Below are positions 52,107 to 63,900 of a DNA stretch of 64,000 nt, in pieces (the first letter of the stretch is position 1; each line of letters opens with the position of its first letter). Location of the stretch: assembly GCF_964204645.1 (NCBI RefSeq), contig NC_134030.1:9947222-10011221 (forward strand), written 5' to 3'. The notes beneath the pieces were generated by a model, which ran no database searches, had not been told where the DNA came from, and saw only the letters and a list, made by a program, of their open reading frames with translations. The stretch comes from Tubulanus polymorphus (taxonomy: Eukaryota; Animalia; Nemertea). A program made the position numbers and the translations under genes.

Positions 52107-55100
52107 AATGAAACGTCGTAAGTATAGCTGCTGTCGTCCGTCTACGGCGTCGTAAAAATATCCTGAGCGTTTTTTATTGTCGAAACCAATTTATCACACA
52201 TTTCTGTACCGGTATGCTGTTCCTATCTGAATGTAGTAGTTAGGCTACTGGCATTTAATATCTATGTCTTAACCCTGGAGTTGAAATGATTGAAAATGAA
52301 TTTGTCTTTTAGGAATACATAGGACCTTTTTGTTTTACATATTGTCATTGATGCTAATTATCAAGTAGTCCTAGTTTGGTTTTGTTTTGCTAGGACTAGT
52401 AATTCAATGTCTTACCTTTAGGCCAAATTCAAGCAGTGGCGCGAGACCCCCATCACGAGATGGTGGAAGACCCCCTTCGCGAGATGGAGCAAGACCTCTT
52501 TCACGAGTAAGATTGAGTACCGTATATCTTGGAATATCGCTCAGTTTTATCAAGGCAAAAATTAGTCTCTTAGTCGTCTATAAGTCACTATTGTCTCTTT
52601 TTAAGCAAAGTTCATCGGGTGGAATTGAAGTATTACCATCCACTGGTGTAGAAAATTCACTCGAAAATGGATTCACAGTAAGGTAATATCATGATGTAGA
52701 GGGCCTCAATTGCTAATAATTGTATGAATTTGTTCTGACATCCCTCATACAGGATGATTCCTCAATCAGCAGCCACTTAGGCTTAGTGCACTGTCAAAGT
52801 CTATTAAGAGACCAGCAATAGGACAAGAAAAACATTTAGCTTAAGGTCATAACAAATTTAGTTAGCCCTAGAGTTCATCAAATTTGAGCACGATTCGGCG
52901 CCATTCGTTCTTAGAAAAGCTTTGCATTTGATAAAGAAAGGATGTAAGCAGAGATTTTAACAGAGGCGATGTCTTCTTTTATTGATTATAATTCTTTTAT
53001 TGATTAATCTCTTTATCGTATTTTAGAAGCCGTCCTGACTCCGCGCGAAGCATAACTCCCGTGAAACAAGTGGCACTACCTTCGATTCCGCGAAAATCTG
53101 AAAAGTCAGTGCAAAGAGAATATTCGAAATCTTTTCGAATGTTTTTTTTTTTTTAATTCTCTTCTGTATCGCATTACGTTGATTTTCCTTCCACAGAAAA
53201 GAACCTGCGTCCGATTACGACTATCACAACGAACAGAAAGTGAATTTGAAAATGAGTAAAGCTGGAAGGCAGAGGTATGTGCAAGCTTTGAATCTTCCAT
53301 TAAAGGAAATTCCCACATGAAGCAAAGAAAGAATGAGTGCCCCCCGTAATTCAATAGTAGAGGATTCGGAAAATTGAACGCATTTAAACTGACTGAGAAA
53401 CATCTGGGCTGGGTTTCATAGACGCAGAATCAAGATAATCCCCCGGAACATTTTGAAATTTGTCAGTTATTACTATGGTCAGGGGCGGATCCAGACCGTA
53501 TTAGCCGTATTGCCCAATAGGGTCTAGAATTTTTAAGTGCCCTTCGAAATTTCACCGGCAATATTTTTGACGGCATTATTTCAGCAACCGCTAATTCCTT
53601 GTCCGTAATCCGGGCATAATTATAAAATTAATCGGTATATACTGCTGCCGAGAAAATGAGGAGAGATAATCATATTTGTAAAGCCTTTAATCATGATGAA
53701 TTAAAAAGGGCACTTTCCTTTTGCAAGGGGCACTCATGCTTTAGATGAGGGCACCTTGTCCTTGCCTTTTCAGGGAGGGCTAAAGGGGCACTCGTACTTT
53801 AGAAGAGGGCACTATACGCGGAAAATGTTGAAGAAAAGGGCAATTTTTGCCTAATTTTTAAAATTTTAGGGGCACTTTCGGTTTGGAAGATGGCACACAA
53901 CATAAGGATAAATGTGAAGACGAGGCAATTTTTGCCGATTGTTAACAATGAAGGGGCACTTAGCCGTATTCTGTATAATTGTTAAGGGGCACTTTTAAAG
54001 ATTATAGGGGCACTAGGCGAAGTTGGCGACAACCATTCTTTCATGGGTTCGCCAGCTTCATTTTTTATTCGCATCTGTTGAAATCTTGTCTCGAATTCGT
54101 TTATTCTGGATTGCTCTGCTAGCCTCTAGAAGCCCTCTAAAAGCCTTTAAATGGTACCATATTTTCAAAATTTTCTGGGGGTGGGCCTTCGGCGCTCGCA
54201 TTAACCTGGATACTGGGTGTGCCCTAAGATCAGAAAGGTGCCCTTAAATTTCCTTCCAATGCTGTCTACCCACCCCCCTGGATCCGCCCCTGATGGTTTT
54301 TCATTGTTACTATGGTGGTTGTCACCCAGAGGTTGAAGATTTACCCCTAGGGGTAACTTCGATACCCAGTCTATGAAATCGGGCCCTGCTTTTCTGTAAA
54401 GGGTATGGACTGTAGATGCAGTTTTCACTAATAAAGCGCTGGTGAACATTTTTTTAAATGACAAGGGCGTTATATGAATTTACAGATAATAATTATAGTT
54501 AATTGACATACAATTAAGCCTGTTAATTGATGTGGTGACTATTAAAACTGTTAATTGACATGGTTACAATTAGAACTGTTAATTAACATGGTGGAAATTA
54601 AGACTGTTAATTGACATGTTGACAATTAAAACTGAACTTACAAGCGAAATCCCACAATTGAAGACTACATAAGTTAGAAAACTGAATTTCTTTTAGACCA
54701 CAACGTTGATGGAGTTGCTTGAAAAAGCAACATCATAAACTTTAGAAATTTTCAATTCTTCATGTATGGGGATTTTCCTTTAATTTTATTTTTTCACCGA
54801 TGAGTGTGTTTCAATCACGCGTAAAACTGTATTGTTCCGTGTGTGTCCAAATGGTGCCATGTTTTAACCAACTTCTGAACGAGCCAGATTTCATAGGTTC
54901 ATTTGTGGCAGAAATCTCTGACACTTTTTTTCATTCAATAGTCACGATGCCAGAAATCCGGAAAATCAAGGAAAACTAATAAAGCCAATCGAAGAAATGG
55001 ACTTGAATGATGGTGATATACCTGTAGGACCTGGTGGTACGGGTAATTCATACATTTCTTTTTTATATTCGATATTGAATATGAAATTAGCTTACTGTTG

Positions 55101-57715
55101 TCCTACTCGCACAGCTAATGATCGGCTTGCCAGAACCATCCACCTTCAGACATTCAGCATTTTAGTCTTGACGATCTCGTTTCAAAGTTGGGGGTAAAAT
55201 AAATAATGTTGGTAATTTATTAATATATCAGTTCATTTTCAATCAAAGATCTCTGTAAAAAGATCAAAGACAAAGGTGGAGTCGTGAACACAGGTAGAGC
55301 TTGAGGAAGAGCTTGCATGATTAAAATTTGGAAACATTGTAATAATGGATCGCATGTCTTGAGGAGTTAGGCCCATAAGGCAGCAGTACCTTTGTTTAAC
55401 CTGTGTGGAACATTTGAACACTTGTAAAAGAGTTTTCCATGATAATGGTGATGAAAATAATAATAATGATGATAACTATTTAGGCATAGATTTATATAGT
55501 TCCTGTTCCATTCAAGAAATGTTCAGCAGCATTGCCAATCTTCCATGCATTAATCATCCGTTGTTCCAATGGTTTATTGAGCTAAGATCTTTTATACCCA
55601 ATCCGCAAAATCCATAGGAGATCAGTTCGGACCGAATGATGAAGACAGCAATGATGACGATGGCGATGAAGATGAGACAAGTAGTGAGGAGGTTGAAGAC
55701 GATGATGATGATGAACCAGTAAAAGCACCTACTGAACTCATCATGGAAGTAAGAAGTCTGAAGTATTTGAAGAATTGATAATCCTGTCATTATCACTATC
55801 ATGGACTGGGGTCCTCTTAGTCTTCATTTCTGTGGTTTAGTTTCACAATCGGCCAGCTCACTAATTGGTGAACTCAGTCAACTAGGTCGAGTGGCTAGGC
55901 TAGTTCAGTCAACTAGGCTGGTTCAGTCAGGCGGATCAGACCGGTCCGGTCAATTCAGTCATCTAACTACATACCGGTACCTAAGAATTGATTGTAACAA
56001 AGGGAAACGTCACATAGGTTTAAGCCAGCGTTCATCATACCTTGTTGAACCCTTTTTTCTCGGTAACTGAATGATTAGAACCAAAGCAGACCCTGTGATG
56101 TAATCAACCTAGACCGATGTTGAGCAGCTTCATTTATATGCAAATCAAAAAGAAAACAATATTTTGTCACCTGCAATTCACAGAACATGTATGGACAATT
56201 TCACTATTTGTTGATTTTCAGTTTCTGCATTTTGTAATGAATGAAGAATTCGAGAACGCCCAGAAACTGTGTAAATTAAGTAAGTCTCCCTGTAGTATAG
56301 TACAAGTTTTATTTGTACAGTAGACCGCGCTTTAAATCCGATCATAAATCCGATCTATTACAAGAAATCATGATTAAACATCACATTTTGTATAGGTGAA
56401 CTGTAAATGATACTAATCCCGATTAAACTGATCTGATTTAAAGCTGGGTCTAAAGCTTAATTGAGAGAAATTGAATTCCTCGACAATAAACAAGTAATTT
56501 CATTTTCAGTTTTGGTTTATGAACCGGATAATAAAGAGGCAAATACGTTCCTTCCGCTCATCGAGGAAAAGCTACAATTAGGCAAGTTGAAATTTTGAAA
56601 TGAATCGTAGATTTAATAATTTCGGTAAAGCTAGTTCTTCTCATATCGTAGCATTTCCATTCAAGATTCTTTTATTTCGTTGACTGCAGATGAGGAGAAT
56701 TCTGACAATTCAGATTCCGATGAAGATTCTGGTGATGACGACGATGAAGATGATGATGGTGAGAGTGACAACCAAGAGGAAGACAGTGATGTATCTGGCA
56801 GGTATGTTTTGTTTAAGGCACATCATCAGTATTTAGTCAATAGACCATTTCGTCAGTTTTAAGAGAATTTCCGGTACAATGAATAATCTATACACTACCA
56901 TAGAACACAGGAATTGCCAAAAAATTTCCTCATATTTTTTTGATTATGCAAATTAATGCAAATGAGGCATGAATTTGAGGTGCAAAAGAATGTATCTTTT
57001 AAATGGTGGTGCGCAAAGATTTTTGATTGCAGACAAAGATGGATACAATCTCTCACTTAAACCCTAATACATTGCATTTACAGAAAAAATGGCAGATTTT
57101 GCAACAGAGGGGGAGGGGGTTGAAAAATTCAAATTTTATGCGTACGTAATAAATGAATGATCCTCAGTCAAACCCGCTTAATCTGGATCGGCTTAATCCG
57201 GATTTTGGTCTAATGTGGCTTAATCCGGATTTTGGTCTAATGCGGACAAGATTTGCAGTTCATGTGGTCATTAGTACAAGTTAATGACTTAAAATCTGGA
57301 TTTCCTGTAAACTGGTAAAGAGTTTTGTTGGTCCCAAATCATCCGGATTAGGCGGATTCTACATGTAATGTATGGAATAACAAACTGTAGTACAGAGTGT
57401 ATAATAAATGATTAATAAGCGAATGGAAAAAACCCATTATTATGCATCACTGAACATGCCATGTCTTTAATTGCTTTTTGTTCGATGGACAAGCGGAACA
57501 GGGGTTAGTGCAATGTGGACATTCTGTGCACTGTCAAAAGGGTCAAATTTTTTGCTGGCGTCTTTTATGGACAACCGCTTATCATTTGTTTTCTTTTTTC
57601 GTATATACATAGTAGTTCGGAAGAAAGTAGCAGCAATGAAGAGGACAGCGATGAGGACAATGATAAGGCAAAAGAGGAGGGTGATGAGAACCGGGAATTG
57701 ACAAAAAACAACTGA
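51628..57715 (+). CDS. ERICH2: Glutamate-rich protein 2-like (~334 aa, 12 coding exons)
   Basis: Exons 51628-51698, 52422-52506, 52606-52682, 53027-53104, 53197-53274, 54942-55036, 55249-55293, 55618-55748, 56222-56279, 56510-56581, 56690-56801, 57613-57715 (1005 nt in frame). Core APTELIMEFLHFVMNEEFENAQKLCKLILVYEPDNKEANTFLPLIEEKL resembles ERICH2, flanked by D/E/S tracts. The 5' exons are less certain. Confidence 0.75.
53480..54292. mobile_element. hAT-like non-autonomous element (CAGGGGCGGATCCAG TIR) with internal AGGGGCAC repeats
   Basis: 15-bp TIRs; about ten GGGCACT motifs; related ends at ~3540-3798, ~10635, ~26565 and ~31980-32282. Confidence 0.65.
54498..54635 (+). repeat. ~28-bp minisatellite (TTAATTGACATGGTGACAATTAAAACTG)
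   Basis: About five degenerate tandem copies. Confidence 0.75.
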
Positions 57716-59689
57716 CCCCTGCAGTTGACTGGTTCTGAATGGAATCATTTCAAGTCGTTTGGATGCATTTAAAGCAAAATCCAGTCACTTGTACATTCGG
57801 GATTAATGACGGATGAATTTGGATGTGCACTGCTTCTAGATTTAATTATATTTTTCATTACGAAGTACTAGGTGCGCGTATTTGAAAGACCAGAAATCGA
57901 TATGATCTGTGATACATTTTAAAACGTTGTGTTTTCCGTCCAGCTATGAGCGATCGTAGTTTAATGTTTTTATGATCAACTACGCCTCTCTGCAGCGTAG
58001 GTTTCACTTGTATTATCCCATTGTGCGTGAATATGGCATCATTGATCGGGTGTCAAGCTGGTGTACGTCGTTTTCATATTAGTAGTTACATAAGGGGATG
58101 TATCCTATGGGATTTTGACGATACCCAGCATCTACAACGAAATTGGTCCCCTATTAATATTAACCGAAAGTGAAAACGGTAGTTTAAAGTGTTTGTGTGA
58201 AATGAAACGTATCAGTTTTATCAAAAAATCGTTGTATCAAAATTGTATGAAAAGAAATGTTTGCTTGTATCCAATGTACGAAATACATCGAAACCTTGTG
58301 TTCTTGTAAAATATATATATATATATATATATTATACGACTTGATCGAAATTCTGAAGTTGGTTGTTTTTTTTTTTTGGTCACCATTTCTTGTAGGCTGA
58401 AGAAATATGAAAAACACAGCAAGGTGAAAAACCTATCCACGGTCATAGATTAAGTTATATCCTCGGCACATTTTAATCACCAGGGGCCGGTTGCATAGTC
58501 ATGGCTTAGACTTAAGACCAGTCTAAGACCAACTTAGTTCTATAGCCAATCTAACTACTTAAGACCAGTCTTAAGATTTAAGACCACTTTTGGACTTACA
58601 TCACGACTGTGCAACTGGCCCCGGAAAAACGGATGTCGGTCCGCGAACGCTCTAATCAACGCGAGAAAAGTCATTTTCACTGAATTATTTCTCTATGTCG
58701 AAAAAATTATATTTGTTCTCTGATATTTTATTGTCAAAAACTCTTAAATCACCGGGAAAAATATATCTCGATGCATTTTTTATTAACGTGTATTAATTCT
58801 CACCCACTAAGCGGCGTACGCTCGATTTGATCGCTACGCATGCCCGCTTGTATCGGGCGTATTGCAGGCGAATTCGTTGGTGAACTCAATCGTGGCGATC
58901 GGGCGAAAAAATACGACCGTGTGCTCTTAGCTTCAGGGTACCTATTTAAAAAGGAATAGTAGTAAAGCACATTGTAACACAATGATTCAGTGAAATATGG
59001 CGCCAAACGCCAACACGCTTGAGTTTAGAAAGCAATATGAAATTCGTGGTACATGTAGCATATGATGGACCACAAAACTCTCAAAACATACCGGTACATT
59101 TTTCACACCAAATGGGCCCTGTCCCGTTTTGCGCTGAATGCTATGTGGGTCACAGGGCCCGTTTGCGCTTGCGGCCCGATCGCATTACCCAAACTACCCT
59201 TTTCAAATTGCTGCCCTTAAGTGCCTATTCCAGTTTTTAGCTTCAAAGAATCCTAGATCTGCCCATGAGTCTAGGGGTCATACATTTATTATACGTACGC
59301 ATTGGGGCCGAGGGGTCTCCTTCATTGTTCGATTACTTGACATAGGCTTCGCCACGAACCGGCCATTATCGGGACTGGGTGAATGGTGGCCATGCTCGGC
59401 CTTGATCACTATTAATTTCGGACTAGGTCTCGTAAATTGCGGCCCGGTGGTTTTGAAATCAGCAAATCGGGTGGTGAGGCTAACCTGGCAACTGACTGAA
59501 TCAGACTTGATCACAAATTAAAACTACCGTTAACTTGGAGTCAAATTCAACATTTGAAACGCGTCAGCAGTAAGCTATACAGATTGTAATGGATATTTCT
59601 AGCTGTAAACCGCGCGTGAGCAAATTTGAGAAATTGATAAATTCTGTGTTCATCCCAAACATATATACACCGACAGTTCATCAGAAACC

Positions 59690-60818
59690 TCATTTAGAAC
59701 AGGCTTTCCTTAGAATATCAACGGACGACTTTCTGAATTTGTCATGTGTCACACAATATATAATGAAATTAACTGACGAATCAATGATAGAAAATGCCAA
59801 AGCTATTTGTCTAAAACCAACATCCAATTTAAGTAAAATACGAAACATGGCGTCTAACCGATCGAGAAAACCAAAACCTTCACAAATAATAAACAATAAA
59901 ACTACCGATAAAACCATCCTTAAAACCCTCATTTCCCTTCTAGACGATTCATCAGTTACGCCGAGCTTTGAACGTCGAGTAACCCGACGGTAAAATATCA
60001 CCGAAATAAGAATTAAATTGATAAATGCTAAAAAGCACCCAAGTGGAAACGCGGCAGTAAGGTACAGAAAGATAATCGGCTCAGAAAGTCCAGAATTTTA
60101 AAGCAAAAGACTTCCGGATTATGGTGGTACGATGCAAAATGTATGGCCAATGGTCTGGACAGTTCAGGAATCCGATATGTCGTCTGGTTATAAACTGACA
60201 AAAATGTCCAGAAAATGCAACCAATGAAATAAACAACATCGCATATTTGGAGATCAAATGTTTGGGGGATCGCTCTAGACTGAGTCTCAGTACAGCGCAC
60301 CAGTTACGTGTCATCTGAAATATATAGAAAAACGGCAAAGAAATTGAAATAAAGATCAATCCGAAACTCCAGTCATCTACGCGAAATAATAAATCACCCA
60401 AAACGGTGTAAATATACGCAGTTCTAAGCGGATAAAGAATGAACGCAGCGATCATAAACAAAAGATCGTTCAAAGCGAGAATTTTGATGAGAAAATAAAC
60501 ATCAGATTTAAATTGTTTTAGAACTAACAACGTGAATGCGTTGAATGTTAAACCCAGTACCGACGCCGGTAGATAACATCCCAAATACATTAAAACATTG
60601 AATTCTAATTTGGTTTTAACCGGGTAAGTTAGACCTTTCTGACACAAGTTGAGCTTCAAAGTTGGGCCGCTCCCAGTCGTAACAGAACGAGAGATGTCAT
60701 CGAACATCTCCAGCGATATGAAAGCTCTGCTAGACTTTTCTATTGTTCTATTATTTGCCTCCGGTCGAATCGTCCCTAATTGAAGCGTAAATTGGACGTA
60801 GATTCTTCGCCGTTTCAT
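59690..60818 (-). pseudogene. Intronless class A GPCR (FMRFamide-receptor-like / chemoreceptor-like), frameshifted
   Basis: TM1 LGLTFNAFTLLVL, TM2 LALNDLL and TM3 RNWCAVLRLSLER lie in one frame. TM5 IIFLYLTAAFPLGCFLAFINLILI, TM6 and TM7 DSSVNFIIYC lie in another. Frame break at ~60085-60100; intracellular loop 2 is truncated. Confidence 0.75.
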
Positions 60819-61162
60819 CACGCCGGCCCGGTTTGATTCTCTGCCATAGAATTGTCACCCGCTGTAATTTATCTAACAAAAGACTCATAAACTAGGCGTC
60901 CACGATTCAATTCATACGACAAACTTTTTTCGCATTTCATCATTTCTCTGGTGCAGTGTCTGAAAACAGCGCCAGGCATTGTGTCGACGTACTAACCTTA
61001 AATAGATTTTGAGTAGTTTGCATTTTTCATTAACTCGAAATAGAATTTGCAAACCTTCAAATTACATAAGACTCCGAGGTAATTAACCGAGCGAATCTTT
61101 CGTCCACAATTATAAATCCACAGATCATATCAAATGTTTTTGACGTTTTTGGCGCAGGAGTT

Positions 61163-62865
61163 ACCCCTGTGAAGCTGGCTCCCGGTTCCCGGTTCATTAT
61201 TCGGCTCCCGATTCAAAATGCTTTTGAACCGGGAGCCGAATCGGGAACCGGGAACCGGGAGCCGGCTACTGGTTCAGCTCCCAATTCAAAATGCTTTTGA
61301 ACCGGGAGCCGAATCGGGAACCGGGAACCGGGAGCCGGCTACTGGTTCAGCTCCCGATTCAAAATGCTTTTGAACCGGGAGCCGAATCGGGAACCGGGAA
61401 CCGGGAGCCGGCTACTGGTTCAGCTCCCGATTCAAAATGCTTTTGAACCGGGAGCCGAATCGGGAACCGGGAACCGGGAGCCGGCTACTGGTTCGGCTCC
61501 CGATTCAAAAGCATTTTGAACCGGGAGGAAATCGTCACACGCGTGGTGTTAATTCAGACGTCTCGATTAGCCTGGTGGCCGAGGTCAAGGTCGCACTCAT
61601 TTCAGCAGACATAGTTACGTAATTATGTTTACCTGCTGTCCGCAATAGAGTCGAATCGAATAAGTAGCCAGCTTCACATTTTGCAATTGAGACGTCTAAA
61701 CAACCATCTTATCTCTGCGCCAATGTTAGTGGTCTCACTGTTTTACCATGCAGCCGTGGTAACTATTGGATTAGAATTTTGTGTGCGCTCTCATTTCAAG
61801 CTATTTTCGGTTTAGGGATGAGAAAAATGTTCTTTTATGTTTTCTATGGAATTTGATAGATAGGAAAATATTAAGTTTAATAGAATATTGAAGTGATTGT
61901 TTTTTCATCTTCGACAATGGATTTACCCTGCATGAAGGGTGATTTATACGGCGGGCAGAAAGCGTCTGTTTATTTTATATCTTACAATTTCATGGGCTTG
62001 CAGATATTGTTTTCTTGGGGATTCGATAACTTTCGTTAGAAACTTTCTCTCTTCTTAACCCTTTCAGTGCTGACTAATCAATACCCTATAGCTCGGGAAC
62101 AATCGATGGTTTATTGATTAAATGATTAAAGAGGCGAATAACATATGAAGAAGTCGATTGGTGACGAGAAAAACGACCGAGCAATACGCACGTTCTTAAA
62201 CCAAGTTATGTTATTAATAGACGCAGCTTACTGACGTATAGCTACATACAGCTGACCGCGAGTCTCGCGGTCGCATACGCAATCGTGTTTACACGTCTGG
62301 ATTGGCTCGCGCCACACCTGGCGATTTCTTGTCAAGGTCGAGGTCGAGTTTGTTTATCAGCAGAGTAGACATAGTTACGTAAAATGTCTGGACTACGGCA
62401 TAGTGTATACCAACGCCACCTGGCGAATAAGTAGCCAGCTTCACATTTTGAATCGGGAGCTGAACCAGTAGCCGGCTCCCGGTTCCCGGTTCCCGATTCG
62501 GCTCCCGGTTCAACAGCATTTGAATCGGGAGCTGAACCAGTAGCCGGCTCCCGGTTCCCGGTTCCCGATTCGGCTCCCGGTTCAACAGCATTTTGAATCG
62601 GGAGCTGAACCAGTAGCCGGCTCCCGGTTCCCGGTTCCCGATTCGGCTCCCGGTTCAACAGCATTTTGAATCGGGAGCTGAACCAGAAGCCGGCTCCCGG
62701 TTCCCGGTTCCCGATTCGGCTCCCGGTTCAAAAGCATTTTGAATCGGGAGCTGAACCAGTAGCCGGCTCCCGGTTCCCGGTTCCCGATTCGGCTCCCGGT
62801 TCAAAAGCATTTTGAATCGGGAGCTGAATAAGGAACCGGGAACCGGGAGCCAGCTTCACAGGGGT
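61163..62865. mobile_element. Foldback/MULE-type element with long TIRs made of 73-bp tandem repeats
   Basis: Ends ACCCCTGTGAAGCTGGCTCCCGG / CCGGGAGCCAGCTTCACAGGGGT; 9-bp TSD GCAGGAGTT (61154-61162, 62866-62874); 4 full units left, 5 right. Confidence 0.9.
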
Positions 62866-63278
62866 GCAGGAGTTGGGAAAATGAACATTGCTGCAGAGTT
62901 CTGATACCACCACACAAAACCAGTCAGTCCCGCTTTCCAAACAAATCTAACCGGGCCGGATTCAGTGCGTTTTTGCAGAGCGGACTAGCAACACTAGCTT
63001 TTAACTGAAAAAAAATCAATTGGTTCCTATTTTCTAGAAGCTATCAATGAAAGTTATCTATTCGAAAAGAACTTCTGGATAAACACTATCGAGATCTGAT
63101 GAACCGCTGCCCGAGTAGTACCCAGTCGCACTTCTGGCGGCCCGCACAGGTGCCGGACCGGTGCCCGCGGATCAGATGAAAGCCGAGGCCACTGGGCGAT
63201 TTCGTCGGCGGACGAAATTGCCCAGTGTGTCTTCGGCTTCGGGACAGACATACTCAAAATCAATAAAAGTATGGCCTT

Positions 63279-63420
63279 CTCTTTCGGTCTTTTAGACCTT
63301 TTGAGCACTGGAATTCCACGTATATCCCACCTCTTTCGGTCTTTAGACCTTTTTTGAGCACTGGAATTCCACGTATATCCCACCTCTTTCGGTCTTTTAG
63401 ACCTTTTGAGCACTGGAATA
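63279..63420 (+). repeat. ~52-bp tandem repeat (about 2.7 copies) inside a GC-rich structured segment
   Basis: Units start at 63279, 63331 and 63384; each contains GGTCT..AGACC and TGGAATTCCA palindromes. Confidence 0.85.
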
Positions 63421-63770
63421 TACGGCGTGGAATTCAGGGCCCGAGACCGGCAGCGCCCCGTGGCGCGGCGTGCGCGACGCCCGGCCACCAGAGATGTCTG
63501 ATAAATCGAAATATTTTGCAACAAAACCATAGAAATAATAAAACTTTTATCTCTTAAGTCACTTTTTTTGTATTATGTGATATTATCGCTTTTCCCCAGC
63601 CCACGCTTCGTAGCAATAACGTTTTATTGAATTGAATTGTTGATGCCGAAGCCGTGTTTTACTTGATTTGAATTGTGTTGAGTATTCAATACAATTCAAT
63701 TCTCAACATTTCAAGGTCGTAGAGTTTAAAATTGCTGTGTAAAGAAAAAATTTTCAATCGCGGCGAAAAA

Positions 63771-63875
63771 ATGCCTGGACTCGTGGATGAGACGAAATGC
63801 AAATTGAAGGAGCTAATGAACAAAAAGGAATCGATTGAAAGTGATATCAAAGAATTAAGTGAGGTTTTAGAGACG
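63771..63875 (+). CDS. PSMD9: 26S proteasome non-ATPase regulatory subunit 9 (p27/Nas2), coding exon 1
   Basis: MPGLVDETKCKLKELMNKKESIESDIKELSEVLET|GTAAGT resembles the Nas2_N helix (ELMxxKxxIExxIK...VLE), with a phase-0 donor after VLET. Confidence 0.7.
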
Positions 63876-63900
63876 GTAAGTAGCCATGGTTGGTAGGAGC

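Noticed and set aside
61222-62810. CRISPR-like array or repetitive protein ORFs (MLLNREPNREPGTGSR...)
   Set aside because: The units are contiguous with no unique spacers, there are no cas genes, and the context is eukaryotic. The ORFs are translations of the Foldback arms.
63095-63182. Hammerhead ribozyme (CTGATGA...GAAA)
   Set aside because: The core motifs are present, but stems I and III and a cleavage triplet could not be built, and CTGAT pairs with ATCAG instead.
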